DNA of 64,000 nt from Pelagomonas calceolata (Eukaryota): assembly GCA_918797485.1 (NCBI GenBank), contig CAKKNE010000002.1:2294001-2358000 (forward strand). The letters run 5' to 3'. The notes beneath the pieces were generated by a model that made no database searches, was not told the origin of the DNA, and was given only the letters and a program-made list of their open reading frames with translations. Shown in pieces: positions 30,725 to 42,405 of the stretch. Position 1 is the first letter of the stretch; every line of letters starts with the position of its first letter. The position numbers were made by a program, and so were the translations under genes.

Positions 30725-31137
30725 TCTTGCCCCGTGACCCTTCTTGCGCTGTCGGCGAGCAAAATTTAAAGTACCTGCTTCACCCGAGAGACGCCGAGCT
30801 CTGCGAAGCCTAGTTCAAATTTGGCTGGGTCTCGCGCTGTGTAGGGTGAGATGGCAGCACAGGTACCTCGAAAAAGGGCCCAGGCGAAGCTCTGGTCAGT
30901 ATATTGCGACGCGGCTGGTGAAGAACTGCGGACGGCACTGGATGATGCTCATCCGCGGCTAACCCCCCCTCGCGTTGCACGAACCGATGCGCTATCCGGA
31001 GTACGAACCATCGTCCATCGTCCACCGTCGCGCATTACCTATTGGCTGTGACGCGCAAAGTTCTGACGGCCAAGGCACAGGCACCGCGGACGTGGCGGCG
31101 GCGACGGCGACCAAGGAACTACAACGATTAGTCGCGA

Positions 31138-32328
31138 TCACATCAGCGCCAGCCGCTCGAAGAGCAGCCCTGGCACGCGCTGCGTCGCGAGCTTGAGCGC
31201 CGCGACGTCGTCCGCGGCGCCGAAGCCCGCGGCCGCGTAGCGGTCCACCGCGGCGGCGAACTCGGCGTCCGAGAACTCGCCGACGGGGATCTCGAAGGGC
31301 GCGTGGGCGATGCCGAGGCGCCGGTCGCGCGGCCCGAGGCCGGCGCCGCCGCGCGACTGCGAGTCGGCGAGCACGTACGCGCCGCGCGCGAGCCGCCGCT
31401 CGGGCGGCACGCCGGCATTTCCAAGCCCCCGCAGCGCGCGGATGTGCACGAGGTCGTCGGGCTTGAGGCTGACGCCGTCGTAGTAGTAGGCCGTCGCGGG
31501 CTCGAAGAGCGCCGAGTACTCGTCGACCGCGATCAACACCGGCGCCGCGTCGTGCGCCCTCAAACCGTCGACGACGTCGGCCAGCGCCGTCGACGCCTCG
31601 TCGCCGCGCTTCTTGTCGTCGAGGGCGGCGCCCACGACCTCGCGCAGCGTCGCGCCGCCCCAGCGCTCCGCGGCCGCGTCCGTGCACTTGACGGTCGCGA
31701 GGTCGTTGCCGTGCGCCTCCCTAAAGGCCTCGAGCACTTCCCGGCTCCGGGATGGCTCCTCGAAGCGGCCCGCGTGGTGCGGCGACGGCACGACGTAGTC
31801 GCCGTGGTGGCCGACGTCGCGCGCGCGCGCGACGAAGAGGCAGAGCCAGCCGCGCGCGCGCGCCTGCGTCACGATCTGCGCCAGCGCCACGGACTTGCCG
31901 GCGCCGCGCGCGCCCGTCAGCAGGTACGCGTCGCGCGGCGGGAGCTCGTCCCGGCACCGCCCGCACTTGGCGCACGTCAGCCGGAAGCTCCGGCTGGCGA
32001 ACGTCGTGAAGCCGCAGTTGGGGCACGTGAAGTCCGCGTCCGCGTCGAGCCCGTCGCCCTCGTCCGGGTTCGCCGCGCGCCGCTCGAGCGCCTCGACGAC
32101 GCGCCGCGTCGCCTCGCGCTCGACGAAGAGCGGCGCGCCGTCGACCACGTCCGTCTCGCGCTCGACGGCGCGCACGGCCTCGGGCATTTCTTTGATCTCC
32201 GCGAAGCGCACGGCGCCGCCGCTGCCGTCGGAGAGCGGGCGTCTCGCTGTCCGCAGCACACTGAGCGTGCTGCGCGACGGCGTGCCGGCGGCGACACGGC
32301 GGGCACAGCATTGAGTTGCCCTCCGCAT
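31138..32328 (-). CDS. DAP3: Mitochondrial ribosomal protein mS29/DAP3-like
   Basis: LTGARGAGKSVALAQ, GWLCLFV, PVLIAVDE; Arg-rich presequence. Confidence 0.75.
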   Translation of the reverse strand: MRRATQCCARRVAAGTPSRSTLSVLRTARRPLSDGSGGAVRFAEIKEMPEAVRAVERETDVVDGAPLFVEREATRRVVEALERRAANPDEGDGLDADADFTCPNCGFTTFASRSFRLTCAKCGRCRDELPPRDAYLLTGARGAGKSVALAQIVTQARARGWLCLFVARARDVGHHGDYVVPSPHHAGRFEEPSRSREVLEAFREAHGNDLATVKCTDAAAERWGGATLREVVGAALDDKKRGDEASTALADVVDGLRAHDAAPVLIAVDEYSALFEPATAYYYDGVSLKPDDLVHIRALRGLGNAGVPPERRLARGAYVLADSQSRGGAGLGPRDRRLGIAHAPFEIPVGEFSDAEFAAAVDRYAAAGFGAADDVAALKLATQRVPGLLFERLALM

Positions 32329-32689
32329 GTTGTTACACGTGCGTGGATGCGTGCAACAAAGGCAGCAGCTCAGCCTCGTCTCCCTGTGGCTTGTTGCTAG
32401 TGTCTTACTGCTCTAGCTCTGGCTGATCCATCGACACGCGGTATCGGACACTACACCTCCCCGCGAAGAGAGGACCACTACTTTTCGGGTTGCGGCCGCT
32501 CGGCCCGGCCTGCCAGGCACGGCGCTGCAGAGTGGCAAGCAATCGCAGCCTGCGAGGAGGTCCGGCAGTACGGGCGTTCTTCGAGGTCGTGCCAAAGTGC
32601 CAGTTCCGGCCCGATTCGTGAGTCCTTGGGCAGTCCTGCGAGCAGGCCAATCGGGCAGCCTTAAGCAGGCCAATACCTCGGGGCAGCGG

Positions 32690-33583
32690 ATGCCGGCCTT
32701 AGCCCAGACGGTCGACCGCCCGGCCGGCCCCGTCTACAAGCAGGGCGCCGCCCAGCAGCCCGGCAAGGCGAACCGCTCGACGTTCTCCGTCTCGCAGCGC
32801 GACGCCATCGAGCGGGCGGGCGCGCTGCGCGGCCAGCGCGGGCGGGCGCAGCAGCCCTACTCCGGCCCGGTCGTGGTCGCGCCGACGAAGCAGCGCGGGC
32901 CGGGCTACGGGCTCGCGGGCGTGCTGCGGACGCGGCGGCCCCGGGCCAAGGACTCCCGGGGCAAGGGCGACAGCCTGCTGTTCCTGCGCGACCGCGAGCA
33001 CGCCAAGCTCGTGAAGCGCGCGCAGGAGGTGCGCCAGTCGGCCGCGGACCGGTGCCGCCGCGCGAGCCGCATCCACCGGCAGCGGCGGAAGCCGACGGAC
33101 GACGACGCGTACCACATGCGGCCCAAGTGGGACACGCACCTGGAGCGGTGCGTGCGCGAGGACCGCATCGACGAGCTCTGGCAGCCGAAGTCAAAGCCGC
33201 CGCGGGAGACCTTCGAGGGGCCCCCGCCCGCGCACGTCGACGCGCCGCACACGATGGACCCCGGCGACAAGCTCTACCCGGCGCCGCGCCACACGGTGGA
33301 CGTCGACGCCGAGGCGCTGCGGGCGTCCCGGCAGCAGGAGGTGCGGCGGCCGCGGTCCGGCTGGGCGCCGCCGCCGCACTTCCTCGCCCGCGGGGCGTCG
33401 CCGCCGCAGAGCAGGACGGCGGCGAAGCTCCGGCAGTGCCCGCGCTGCATGGTCCTCTACCTCGCCGAGAACCACACGTGCGTGCCCGTGTCGAGCGCGC
33501 CGGTGGAGAAGTACGACGGGCGGACGGACACGCGCGTGCGCCTCCCCTCGCCGCGGACGTCGGCGCATAGCGGGCTCCGATGA
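32690..33583 (+). CDS. Hypothetical protein
   Basis: GC3-rich ORF; C-terminal CxxC...HxC. Confidence 0.6.
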   Translation: MPALAQTVDRPAGPVYKQGAAQQPGKANRSTFSVSQRDAIERAGALRGQRGRAQQPYSGPVVVAPTKQRGPGYGLAGVLRTRRPRAKDSRGKGDSLLFLRDREHAKLVKRAQEVRQSAADRCRRASRIHRQRRKPTDDDAYHMRPKWDTHLERCVREDRIDELWQPKSKPPRETFEGPPPAHVDAPHTMDPGDKLYPAPRHTVDVDAEALRASRQQEVRRPRSGWAPPPHFLARGASPPQSRTAAKLRQCPRCMVLYLAENHTCVPVSSAPVEKYDGRTDTRVRLPSPRTSAHSGLR

Positions 33584-33599
33584 TAAGGTCCAAAAATAG

Positions 33600-34100
33600 T
33601 TATCCCCAAAGAAAATCCCCGTCGCTGATGTGCCGGCGATGCCTCTGCGGCGCCGGGTTGTTGTTCCGCGCCATGCGCGCGGCCCAGTCGGTCCGCGCCG
33701 GCGCGTCCTCCAGCAGCCCGTTGTATTCCCTGACGTGTGCTTCCAGGGCGGCGCGGCGCTGCGACAAGAGACAACAAAACAATACGGACCAGACCCGGAC
33801 GTTGCGGAGTGCGCTCTCACTCCGCGCCTTTCGCTCGTGCAGTAATCGCAGCGCCAGATCGTCGCAGGCGGCAGACCCCAGTGCGTAGTAGCCCCAACCC
33901 ATTGAGCCTTCACCGAACAGGTAGCCAGCGGTCGGCGGATTTTGGTTGCGAGGAATGAAGTCGCGACCGCCCGGCACTGACGGCGCGACGGCGGCGGCGA
34001 CGACGGGCTCGGCCGCGATGGGTTCTGCGATGGCGACGGCCTGCGGCGCTTGCGCGACGGCGACGACTGTGCCGGTCGGCATCGGTTGCTCACCATACAT
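33600..34100 (-). CDS. Hypothetical protein
   Basis: ATG-initiated ORF with plausible composition. Confidence 0.5.
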   Translation of the reverse strand: MYGEQPMPTGTVVAVAQAPQAVAIAEPIAAEPVVAAAVAPSVPGGRDFIPRNQNPPTAGYLFGEGSMGWGYYALGSAACDDLALRLLHERKARSESALRNVRVWSVLFCCLLSQRRAALEAHVREYNGLLEDAPARTDWAARMARNNNPAPQRHRRHISDGDFLWG

Positions 34101-34339
34101 GGTGGGTGCTGTGTGCTTTTTCAATAGATGCTGTGCTATCTGTGCTTATTATGCTATCTGCCGCAAGTCACACGTTTGGGGCAGCACTCGCGCCAGCCTA
34201 TTGGTCACAACAAACAACAACTCGGAGGCTGCCCCTGGCTGCCCAACAAGAGAGCTTCCCCCAGAGCTTGCTAGTGTCTTAAGGCCGCTAGCGCGGATTT
34301 CCGAAGTGAGGTTTCCGCAAGGCACACGAACAACAAAAG

Positions 34340-36177
34340 TTAGGAGGAGGCCGCACCGCCGCCACTGAGGCGCCGCCGCGCCGCCGATGCGACGCTTCTC
34401 GCGCGCTCCGACAACGCGTGCCATCCCCGTACACACCATGCTCCCGCGCCGGCCATCTGGCCCCAGGCGGCGAGGACACCGAGGACGCCGCCGACGGCTA
34501 TCAGGGTGAACTCATCTTCTTCGAAGATCGGGTGCAGGAGCCGCTCGAAGTCGCGCGACGGCATCGCCGCCATGGCGTCGCCCAGGGCTGTTTCTAACCC
34601 GAGCGCGGAGTCGGCGTAGGCGTAGAGGCCGTCCGGCAGGGCTGCCGGGAGCTCGAGCGCGACGTTATTTGTCACGCTATCTAAAAGCGCGGTGTTCGCC
34701 GACGCGAGCGACGGAACGCCAGAGATGCGCTCCGTCCCCCTGATGAACGTCTGGACGCGCCGCCGGAGGTGCGGTCTAAAAGTCGCGGCGCCGCCGGGCG
34801 AGAAGAGCGCCGCGTGCAGGAGCTTTCTGGCCGTCAGGACCTGTGTGGAAATCAACCAGTGTGTCGGGTGCACGCGGCCGTCCTGGCTCGGTCGAGCGGC
34901 GAGGAACCGGCATCGCCACGCCATCGAGCAGGCGTCGCGTCGATGGCGTGGAGGACGACACGATGATTCAGCACGAACGTGCCGTAAATTTTGATTTCCA
35001 CACAGGTCAGCACGCGCGTCGCGAAGAAGCGCGCGAAGTCGCGCGCCACCTCGGGCTGCCGCCGCAGGAAGCAGCCCTGCAGCGTGACCGGGCCGAACCT
35101 CCGCGGGTCGACGGGGATGAAGATCCACAGCAGCGCGATCCAGTTCGTCACGCAGCCCACGACGCCCGACCCGACGAGCGGCACCCAGCGCCGCTCCGGC
35201 TCGGCCGTCACGTTCCGGCCCGCGCCGCCCAGCCGCCGGGGCAGGACCAGCGAGCACCCGGACTGCAGGAGCCCGAGCGCGAGCCCCACCACCAAGCCCG
35301 AGTTGACCAGCAGCCGCAGCTCCCGCTTGCCGACCTCCTGGAAGAGGTCCACCAGGCCCTTGACGTTTGGGCCCGTGAGCTCGCCCACGCACAGCGCCGT
35401 GAGGTCCAGGCCGTCCGCCGCGTGACTTCTCACGTCCTGCGCCACGCCGACGGCCAACGCGCGCGCCTCCGCGTCGAGCGCGACGCGCGTCGCGTCCGGC
35501 GCGCCGCCCACCAACCACCTTCCGAGCGCCCGCCCGGGCCGGCCCGCCGCCGTTCCCGCGACGGCCCCGACCCGCGCGGGCGGCAGGAAGTCCGCCACCT
35601 TCGCCGGGTCCAGGTTCTGCAGCGTCCCGGGCACGCTGACCAAGTCCGTCGTCACCTCGACCAAGTCCCGGGCCATGCGCGGCGCCTTGGCCGGCACGAT
35701 GCCCTGCCAGCCGAGCAGCGGCCCGAACGGCGGCAGGTCGCCCAGCGCCGAGCACGGCCGCCGCCTCAGGAACGGAAAAGGCGAGGGCACGCCGCGCCAC
35801 TGGAGCGGGTAGAAGAGCATCTGCACGCCGACCCAGTTCGTGAACCAGCCCACGAACGCCGCCGTCAGGGGCGTCGCGACGGCGTAGCCCCACGGGTTCG
35901 CCCGGAAGCGGTCCCGAGCCGTCTGCCTTAGGTCCTGCGACAGCGCCGCCGTCGCCGCGGCGCCGAGTCCCAGCGCGGCGACCGCCGGCCCCGGGCGGCC
36001 GCACGCCGCGAGGACGCAGCCCGGCAGCAGCAGCGGCGCGGCGCGCGTGGCGTTCCAGGCGCGTTGCGCCGCGCTGGCTTTCGTGCTTGCGAGTGCCATG
36101 CAGCGTCTGGGCTTTTGTCGCAGCCGCGGCGGCGCGACCAGCGCCGTGCAGAGCGCTGCTGTGGCTAGGAGTCGCAT
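34340..36177 (-). CDS. DUF445-like membrane protein; exons 36177-35014, 34840-34340
   Basis: VGWFTNW.GV.MLFYP, WQGIVP, FERLLHPIFEEDE; frame restored by removing introner 12. Confidence 0.8.
34841..35013 (-). mobile_element. Introner 12 (GT-AG, 173 bp)
   Basis: TSD gtcaggac / gtcagcac; perfect TIR ctgtgtggaaatcaa; closely similar to introner 11. Confidence 0.92.
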
Positions 36178-36455
36178 GGCTGCTTAGCGAGTCATATCGA
36201 TGTCTAGATGCCGCATGGCTGCACAATGGCTGTCGACGTAGAAACCCGCGAGCTCTGGAGGCTCGGGGCTCGATCGCAAGGCTGCACAAAGCCGGCCGTG
36301 CAAGCGACCTAGCGGCTTGTAAGGCACTAGTAATTATCTCGAAGCGCGGACCCGGCGGGGCTAAATCCGTCGATACGCACGAATAAATATCATCCGGACG
36401 CCGCCGCAGCGCAGCGGTGCTTTGGAGGTGCTTTGGTGCAGAGGTGTGAGCTACC

Positions 36456-37565
36456 ATGGCCGGCGTCACGGTCGTCGAGGACTTGGACGCCGAGAACCTG
36501 CTCGAACACCTTTGCCTCGAAGAGGAGGCCAAGGAGGTCCGGGGCTGGGTCGCCGAGAAGACGCCGCGGCCCGCCGGCCTGGACAAGCGCCTGAGCAGCG
36601 CCGCGAAGCTGCGCGGCAAGGGCAACGTCGCCTACGAGCGCAAGGAGTGGGACGCGGCCGTGTGGCTCTACCTCGCGGCGCTGCACCACGTCGACTACTC
36701 GCTCAAGGACTCGCGCGCCGACAAGCTCGGCGACTCCGTCGTCGGGACGGCGAAGCTGCAGGAGGAGGTCGCCCGCGTCTGCGCGAATCTGGCGGCGGCC
36801 TTCTCGGCGAAGGACGACGCCTACAACGCGGCGCGGTCGGCGGCGCTCGGCCTCGACTACGCCGAGAAGTGCCGGTCCGTCAAGGACGACAAGCGGGCGC
36901 TGCGGGCGAAGCTGCTCTACCGGCGCGGCGTCGCGCGCTCGCGGAACGCGGGCCGGCCGAACGCGGGGCCCAACGACACGGTCGAGGACGGGCTCGCGGA
37001 CGTCAAGGAGGCCTGCCGCCTCGACGAGTCCCGGGACCGGGGCATGCGCGAGGCCTACCGCAAGCTCAAGCGGCGCGCCGACGCGGAGCCGCCCGCCTAC
37101 GCCGCGGGCTTCCTGAAGGCGGACCTGCCGCCGGGCGTCGAGGCCGTCGCCGACGACGACGCCTCCGAGGCGCCCGCCGCCGCCGCGCCGGCCCCGGCGC
37201 CCGCGCCCGCGCCCGCGCCGCCCCGGCCCGCGCGGTCCGCGCCGGCGCCGGAGCCGGAACCATCGCGGCGGCCCGGCCGCGTCCGCCGGGTCCTGAACGC
37301 GCTGAGCCGCGGCGTCGAGCGCATGCCGCCCCGGCGCCGCGACCGCGTTGTGGTCATACTCGTCTCGACGCCCATCGTCGCGGTCTTCGCCGCCGTCAGC
37401 TGGGCCTGGCGCGACACGCGGAGCCCGCACCAGGTCGTCAACATCGTCGCGATCTTCGCGCTCATCGTCGCGCGGCTCGTCGACACGTACCGCAAGTTCC
37501 GGCGCGCGGCGGAGAAGCGCCGCGTCGTCCGGGGAATGCTTGCGACGAAGAAGAAGCATGCGTAA
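36456..37565 (+). CDS. TPR-domain protein with two C-terminal TM helices
   Basis: LRGKGNVAY, NLAAAF, KLLYRRG TPR-like motifs. Confidence 0.75.
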   Translation: MAGVTVVEDLDAENLLEHLCLEEEAKEVRGWVAEKTPRPAGLDKRLSSAAKLRGKGNVAYERKEWDAAVWLYLAALHHVDYSLKDSRADKLGDSVVGTAKLQEEVARVCANLAAAFSAKDDAYNAARSAALGLDYAEKCRSVKDDKRALRAKLLYRRGVARSRNAGRPNAGPNDTVEDGLADVKEACRLDESRDRGMREAYRKLKRRADAEPPAYAAGFLKADLPPGVEAVADDDASEAPAAAAPAPAPAPAPAPPRPARSAPAPEPEPSRRPGRVRRVLNALSRGVERMPPRRRDRVVVILVSTPIVAVFAAVSWAWRDTRSPHQVVNIVAIFALIVARLVDTYRKFRRAAEKRRVVRGMLATKKKHA

Positions 37566-39460
37566 TGAGTTTTTTATTCTGGTATCTACGTTCTGCCGAA
37601 CCGCCGAGCGCCTCGGGCCCCTAAATGAACGAGCTCCCAATTCGCAATTCGCAGTCGATGGCTGCGCGAGCGCCCGAAGTAGTCCCCATGTACCAAGGTG
37701 CGAGATTATTCTGCTCCGGGCCCCATGTTTATACAATGAAGAGCCAAACCGAGCTAGCGTATATCGACATACTAGTAAATTTAAAGATACGCCTCGATAG
37801 CGTCAAAAGAATGACCCAAATTCAGAATACATCCTAGTCGTTCGCTGAGACCAAAGATTTCAGAGTAGCGGCCCGGGAACATACCCTCGCGCCTCCCGGA
37901 AGGCACCGCCCGCGACATTCGCGGATGAGCCTTACGGCTCGCCAATTTATACCAGCGATTGACGGCGCCTTCTACCGTCCAAATGGGACATTATATCAGC
38001 TCCAGCCCAGTTTTCATCCACAATCGACGGAACCGGAGCCGACGGCCCGCGCTCGGAGGGCGGGAAAAGAATTCTACTAGACAACTCTCGCGTTTATGTT
38101 CGTTTCCTTCCGTTTGTTAGTGGTAGAGTCCATCTAGGCCGATTGAACACGTACTCATCTATTTTAGGTGCTCCGTTAGAGCCGCGCGAAACGACGAATC
38201 CGCGAGCACGCGCTTATGCTAAGACGGCTCAGAACCTGGCCCCGCGAGTATCAGCGACGCCACCATCTAGATGGATCATAACGCCGTTGTTCTATTCACG
38301 ATCGACCGACTTGCCCGTTCTCCGCGGACGACGGTACGTACGCGGGGCACCGGAAAGGCCCCAGACCGGTGGTTTATAAAATAAATTTGCGTTTCAGGCG
38401 CTTTAGTAGTGGTAAGGGCCAGATAACCGGCCTGAGCGGGTACTACATTGCTCGAGACCCCACGATGCTCCGCGCGGCTCGGCCAACTCCCGAGCCCACG
38501 ATCTTGTTAATTTTGGCTTCAGGCTCAGACCTGCGACCATCAGCGCGTGTACCATCACCATGGACCATGATGCGATCATTTGTTCCATGAACGACGGACT
38601 TACGCGAGGTCCAGATAAAGATGTTCACGTCCCGAGCGTGGGCGGCCCAAAGTACCCTTCTCGTGGTGTAGATGTCATATACTTGTAATTGACTATCTTT
38701 GGGGTAGTATGGGGTCCGACGAGACCGCTACGGCGACTACTGGGGGCCCTCGGGTAATTGACGTTTTTACCGGGAACGGGGCGCCATCGGGTCCAAATTG
38801 TTTACTTTTTTCGGGGGTAGATCGGCTCTCTGACTCCCTCTCGGATAGGTCTGGGGTCGGGTAGTCGCCTACGCCGCATGCGGCGCCGCTTGGTGCTCCC
38901 CAGAGAGCTCTGGATCGAGATCTTGAGGACTTGGGCTCCGGCCCGACAGCTGGCTGAGGACCTGCACTGATATGTATCTACCGATGGATGCGCCCGCGCA
39001 TGCGGTGTAGGCGCTTGCGCGTGTAAAGTAACGACCTCGACCGACCTCCGAGAGGCCTCAGGACCACGAATCGACAGGATTCCACCGACGCGCCCGCCCT
39101 GGTGGCGTCGTCAATATCGCGACATCAAGAAATTAATTTTTTTGACCCCCAGTACGTGTCCTATTGATGTCTTTGGACCAGTAGCGAACCGAAGGATACT
39201 CAAACAAATGCATGGCGTTCACATCAAAAGCAACAAAACGGGTCCACCACAACTCTTGCATTTTGCTTTTCAAGTGCTTTTTGATCCCTATTTTTGCAAT
39301 TTACGTGTCCACTCGCGTCCCAGCAGCGGTGACACACCACAGCTTTCACGCCGGCGACGTGTGCCAGCACATGCAAAACTTCGACGCTACAGCCACACTC
39401 CAGCCTTTGCACTTTGGGTCCTCACACGCAGCCAAGGTCTCAGCTCACACAGCTCGCAGC

Positions 39461-39961
39461 ATGACGACTACCCCACGGCTGCGACTATGGGGAGGACTGC
39501 TGCTCCTCGCAGCGACGAGCGAATCCTTCCAGCGCACGCCGCCGTCGCGTGCGCACACGCGCTTGCACGCATCCACGACGCTGCCGGAGCTGCTCGAGGC
39601 GCTCAAGCCCTATGCGCCGGTACGCTGCATCGTCGTGCTTCCCGGCGCCGGCGCGATACTGGAGTCGGCGGTTGACGCATCGCGGTGGACGATGTCGGAA
39701 AGCACGACCCCGACGGGCAAGACGCTTCTCACGTGCAAAATCGCGGACGGTGGTGACTCGCCGCCGCCCTTTGAACTCCACCTCGACGTCGATCGGGCGA
39801 AGAAGGCGACGCTCGGCGTGTCGCCCAAGACGGGCGGGCCGATCGTTCGCGTGATGGACGGAGATGGAGCCGGTCTCGTCACGTTGCTCCCGACGGGCGA
39901 TTCCTTCGTCGACGACGTCGTCGGCAAACTCGGCGAGGAAGTGGACCTCGTGCGAAGGTAA
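39461..39961 (+). CDS. ChuX/HutX-like protein, putatively plastid-targeted
   Basis: Signal peptide ending SES-F; VRCIV...AILES, FELHL, IVRVMD resemble the HutX family. Confidence 0.5.
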   Translation: MTTTPRLRLWGGLLLLAATSESFQRTPPSRAHTRLHASTTLPELLEALKPYAPVRCIVVLPGAGAILESAVDASRWTMSESTTPTGKTLLTCKIADGGDSPPPFELHLDVDRAKKATLGVSPKTGGPIVRVMDGDGAGLVTLLPTGDSFVDDVVGKLGEEVDLVRR

Positions 39962-39981
39962 CTACGATAGATACAAAATTA

Positions 39982-40395
39982 CTAGAGGGGGCTTGCCCGG
40001 CGGTCCTCGTCGGACGAGGTCCCCCCGGAGTCGTCGCCGATCACCACGACGACGCCGTCGTCGGCGGAGGAGAGAGCGCGGCGGCGCCGCCTCTTGCGCG
40101 GTCGCCCGGGCGACCGCGGCGGCGGCGCGGGCGCCCGCTCGGCGATCTCCCACGACCGGAGGCCGCGCCGCGGCGTCGGCGCCTCCGAGCGGCGCGCGTC
40201 CGGGGTCAGGTCGCCGTCCTCGTCGATCTCGCCGTCCTCGAGGTCCAGGGCGATACTCAGCTTTGGAGGGGTGACGGGCCGCGGCGTCGACTCGGCGCTC
40301 GGCGGCGTCGCCGGTTCGCCGTAGTAGAACAGTGTGGTCTTGGCGTAGATCTCGCGCAGCGACAGCTCCAGCAGCGCTTGCTCGCGGTCGGCCAT
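39982..40395 (-). CDS. Hypothetical protein
   Basis: GC3-rich short ORF. Confidence 0.45.
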   Translation of the reverse strand: MADREQALLELSLREIYAKTTLFYYGEPATPPSAESTPRPVTPPKLSIALDLEDGEIDEDGDLTPDARRSEAPTPRRGLRSWEIAERAPAPPPRSPGRPRKRRRRRALSSADDGVVVVIGDDSGGTSSDEDRRASPL

Positions 40396-40807
40396 GGTTG
40401 TAGCCGCCCGCGCGGGGCGCGGCCGATCGCGGTCGCTACAGCAGCAGCCCGCGTGCGCGCCCGCGCGCCGAAGGCGCTCCGCTGAAGCTGAACGAAGAGT
40501 GAGCTCTCAGTCGCCCACAGCTTGCCAGTGGCAACCCGTTGCCGGCGCCCCAGCCGGGCGGCAGCGGTGCACACAGGCGCAACGCCAGAAACAGGAGGGC
40601 GTGTACGACGCCCAACAATACGAATTCAGCCGGAGACCCGCGATAATCGTGCTGGGACGGGTTTTTTTCCGCCCGACTGCAAACGCACAAGACCACTCGC
40701 ACCGAGTCGAACCCGTTGCGCGTTTCAAACCGGACCCTAAGTGCTTTTTGACCTCTGCGAGCAGTCATCAGCATAGCAGTGCCATAAGCGCAGGCACACG
40801 AATCACG

Positions 40808-41956
40808 ATGCTCCTGCTGCTTGCAGTATCGGCATGCGCCCTGCGCGCGCCGCCGCGGCACGCCATCTCAATGTCAGCAGGCACGCCCATAAGGAGGAGG
40901 CAGCTGGGCACCTCTGATCTGGTCGTGAGCGACGTGTGCCTCGGCACGATGACCTGGGGCAAGCAGAACACGCTGGAGGAGGGCGTGCAGCAATTAGACT
41001 GCGCCTTCGACGAGTACGGCCTGAATTTTTTGGACACCGCCGAGATGTACCCGGTGCCGACCGAGGCGGAGACGCAGGGAAAGACGGACGAGACGATCGG
41101 CGCCTGGCTCAAGAAGCGCGGGCGGCGGGACGACGTCGTCTTGGCCTCGAAGATCTGCGGCGCGTCGGAGCGCATCACGTGGGTCCGCGGCGACGGGCGC
41201 GGGACGCGCGTGACGGAGGCGGACATCGTCGAGGGCGTCGAGGGCTCGCTGCGCCGCCTGGGCACGGACTACATTGATCTCCTCCAAATCCACTGGCCCG
41301 ACCGCTACGTGCCTTTATTCGGGAGCGGCACGTACGACGCCTCCCAAGAGCGCGAGGCGGTGCCGTTCGTCGAGCAGCTGCAAGCGCTCAAGAAACTGGT
41401 GGACCAGGGCAAGGTGCGCCACATCGGCGTGTCGAACGAGACGCCCTACGGCGTCTGCCGCTTCATCCAGGAGCACGAGCGGGACGCGAGCCTGCCGCGG
41501 ATCTGCTCGATCCAGAACTCGTACTCCCTACTCGTGCGGTCCGACTTCGAGAGCGGCCTCACGGAGACGTGCGCCCAGACCGACGTCGGGCTCCTCGCGT
41601 ACAGCCCGCTCGCGGGCGGCATCCTCTCGGGCAAGTACAGCGGCAGCAAGGCGCCGGCGGGCGCGCGCCTGAACCTGTTCCCGGGCTTCATGGACCGCTA
41701 CTCGCAGTCGCTCGCGAAGGAGGCCGTCGTCGAGTACGAGCGCGTCGCCGCCGCGTACGACGTGACGCCCGCGCAGCTCGCCCTGAAGTGGTGCTACAGC
41801 CGGCCGCACGTCGCGTCGACGATCATCGGCGCGACGTCCATGGACCAGCTGCGCGAGAACATCGACGCCTTCTTCCTCGACGACCTGCCCGAGGGCTGCC
41901 TCGACGCCGTCGCCGACGTGTACTCGCGCTACCGCGACCCGAGCAAGACGTCGTAG
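40808..41956 (+). CDS. Aldo-keto reductase (Tas-like) with N-terminal presequence
   Basis: LGTMTWG, DTAEMY, IDLLQIHWPDR, AYSPLAGG. Confidence 0.92.
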   Translation: MLLLLAVSACALRAPPRHAISMSAGTPIRRRQLGTSDLVVSDVCLGTMTWGKQNTLEEGVQQLDCAFDEYGLNFLDTAEMYPVPTEAETQGKTDETIGAWLKKRGRRDDVVLASKICGASERITWVRGDGRGTRVTEADIVEGVEGSLRRLGTDYIDLLQIHWPDRYVPLFGSGTYDASQEREAVPFVEQLQALKKLVDQGKVRHIGVSNETPYGVCRFIQEHERDASLPRICSIQNSYSLLVRSDFESGLTETCAQTDVGLLAYSPLAGGILSGKYSGSKAPAGARLNLFPGFMDRYSQSLAKEAVVEYERVAAAYDVTPAQLALKWCYSRPHVASTIIGATSMDQLRENIDAFFLDDLPEGCLDAVADVYSRYRDPSKTS

Positions 41957-42405
41957 TAGTTTCGCGCTTAACTTGTTGTTGGTCTTTTTGGATCGCCCGG
42001 CGGCGTCATGGCGGGCGTTGAACTTGTTGTTGGTCTTTTGATCGCCCGGCGGCGTCATGGCGGGCGAGATGGCCGGGCGTTGACCTAACTGCGCGATTTT
42101 TGCCCTGAGCGATTCGGTGCAAGGGTCACGGCCCTCCCGGATCACTCGGGAGGCCATTTGCAGACGTGCGCCGAGGCATGCAGAAAGGGAGTGATGCGGC
42201 GTGGTAAAGCCAAAGCCGCTGTCCTTGTCACAGGATAAGTAAAACTGGCACTTGACAGTTGGCACATTTGAGGCCACACACGCGGCGATATCGCAGCCCA
42301 TCTGCCAGCTATCGTTGAGCCACACACGCGGCGTATATCGCTGGTGGATCCAGAGGCTGCTAAGGCCCATTTTTACCGCATCATAACACGCGCAGCGGCC
42401 GAAAG

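Noticed and set aside
30851..31066. Short ORF ending in TGA as a second selenoprotein
   Set aside because: No redox motif, only four codons to the next TGA, no SECIS seen
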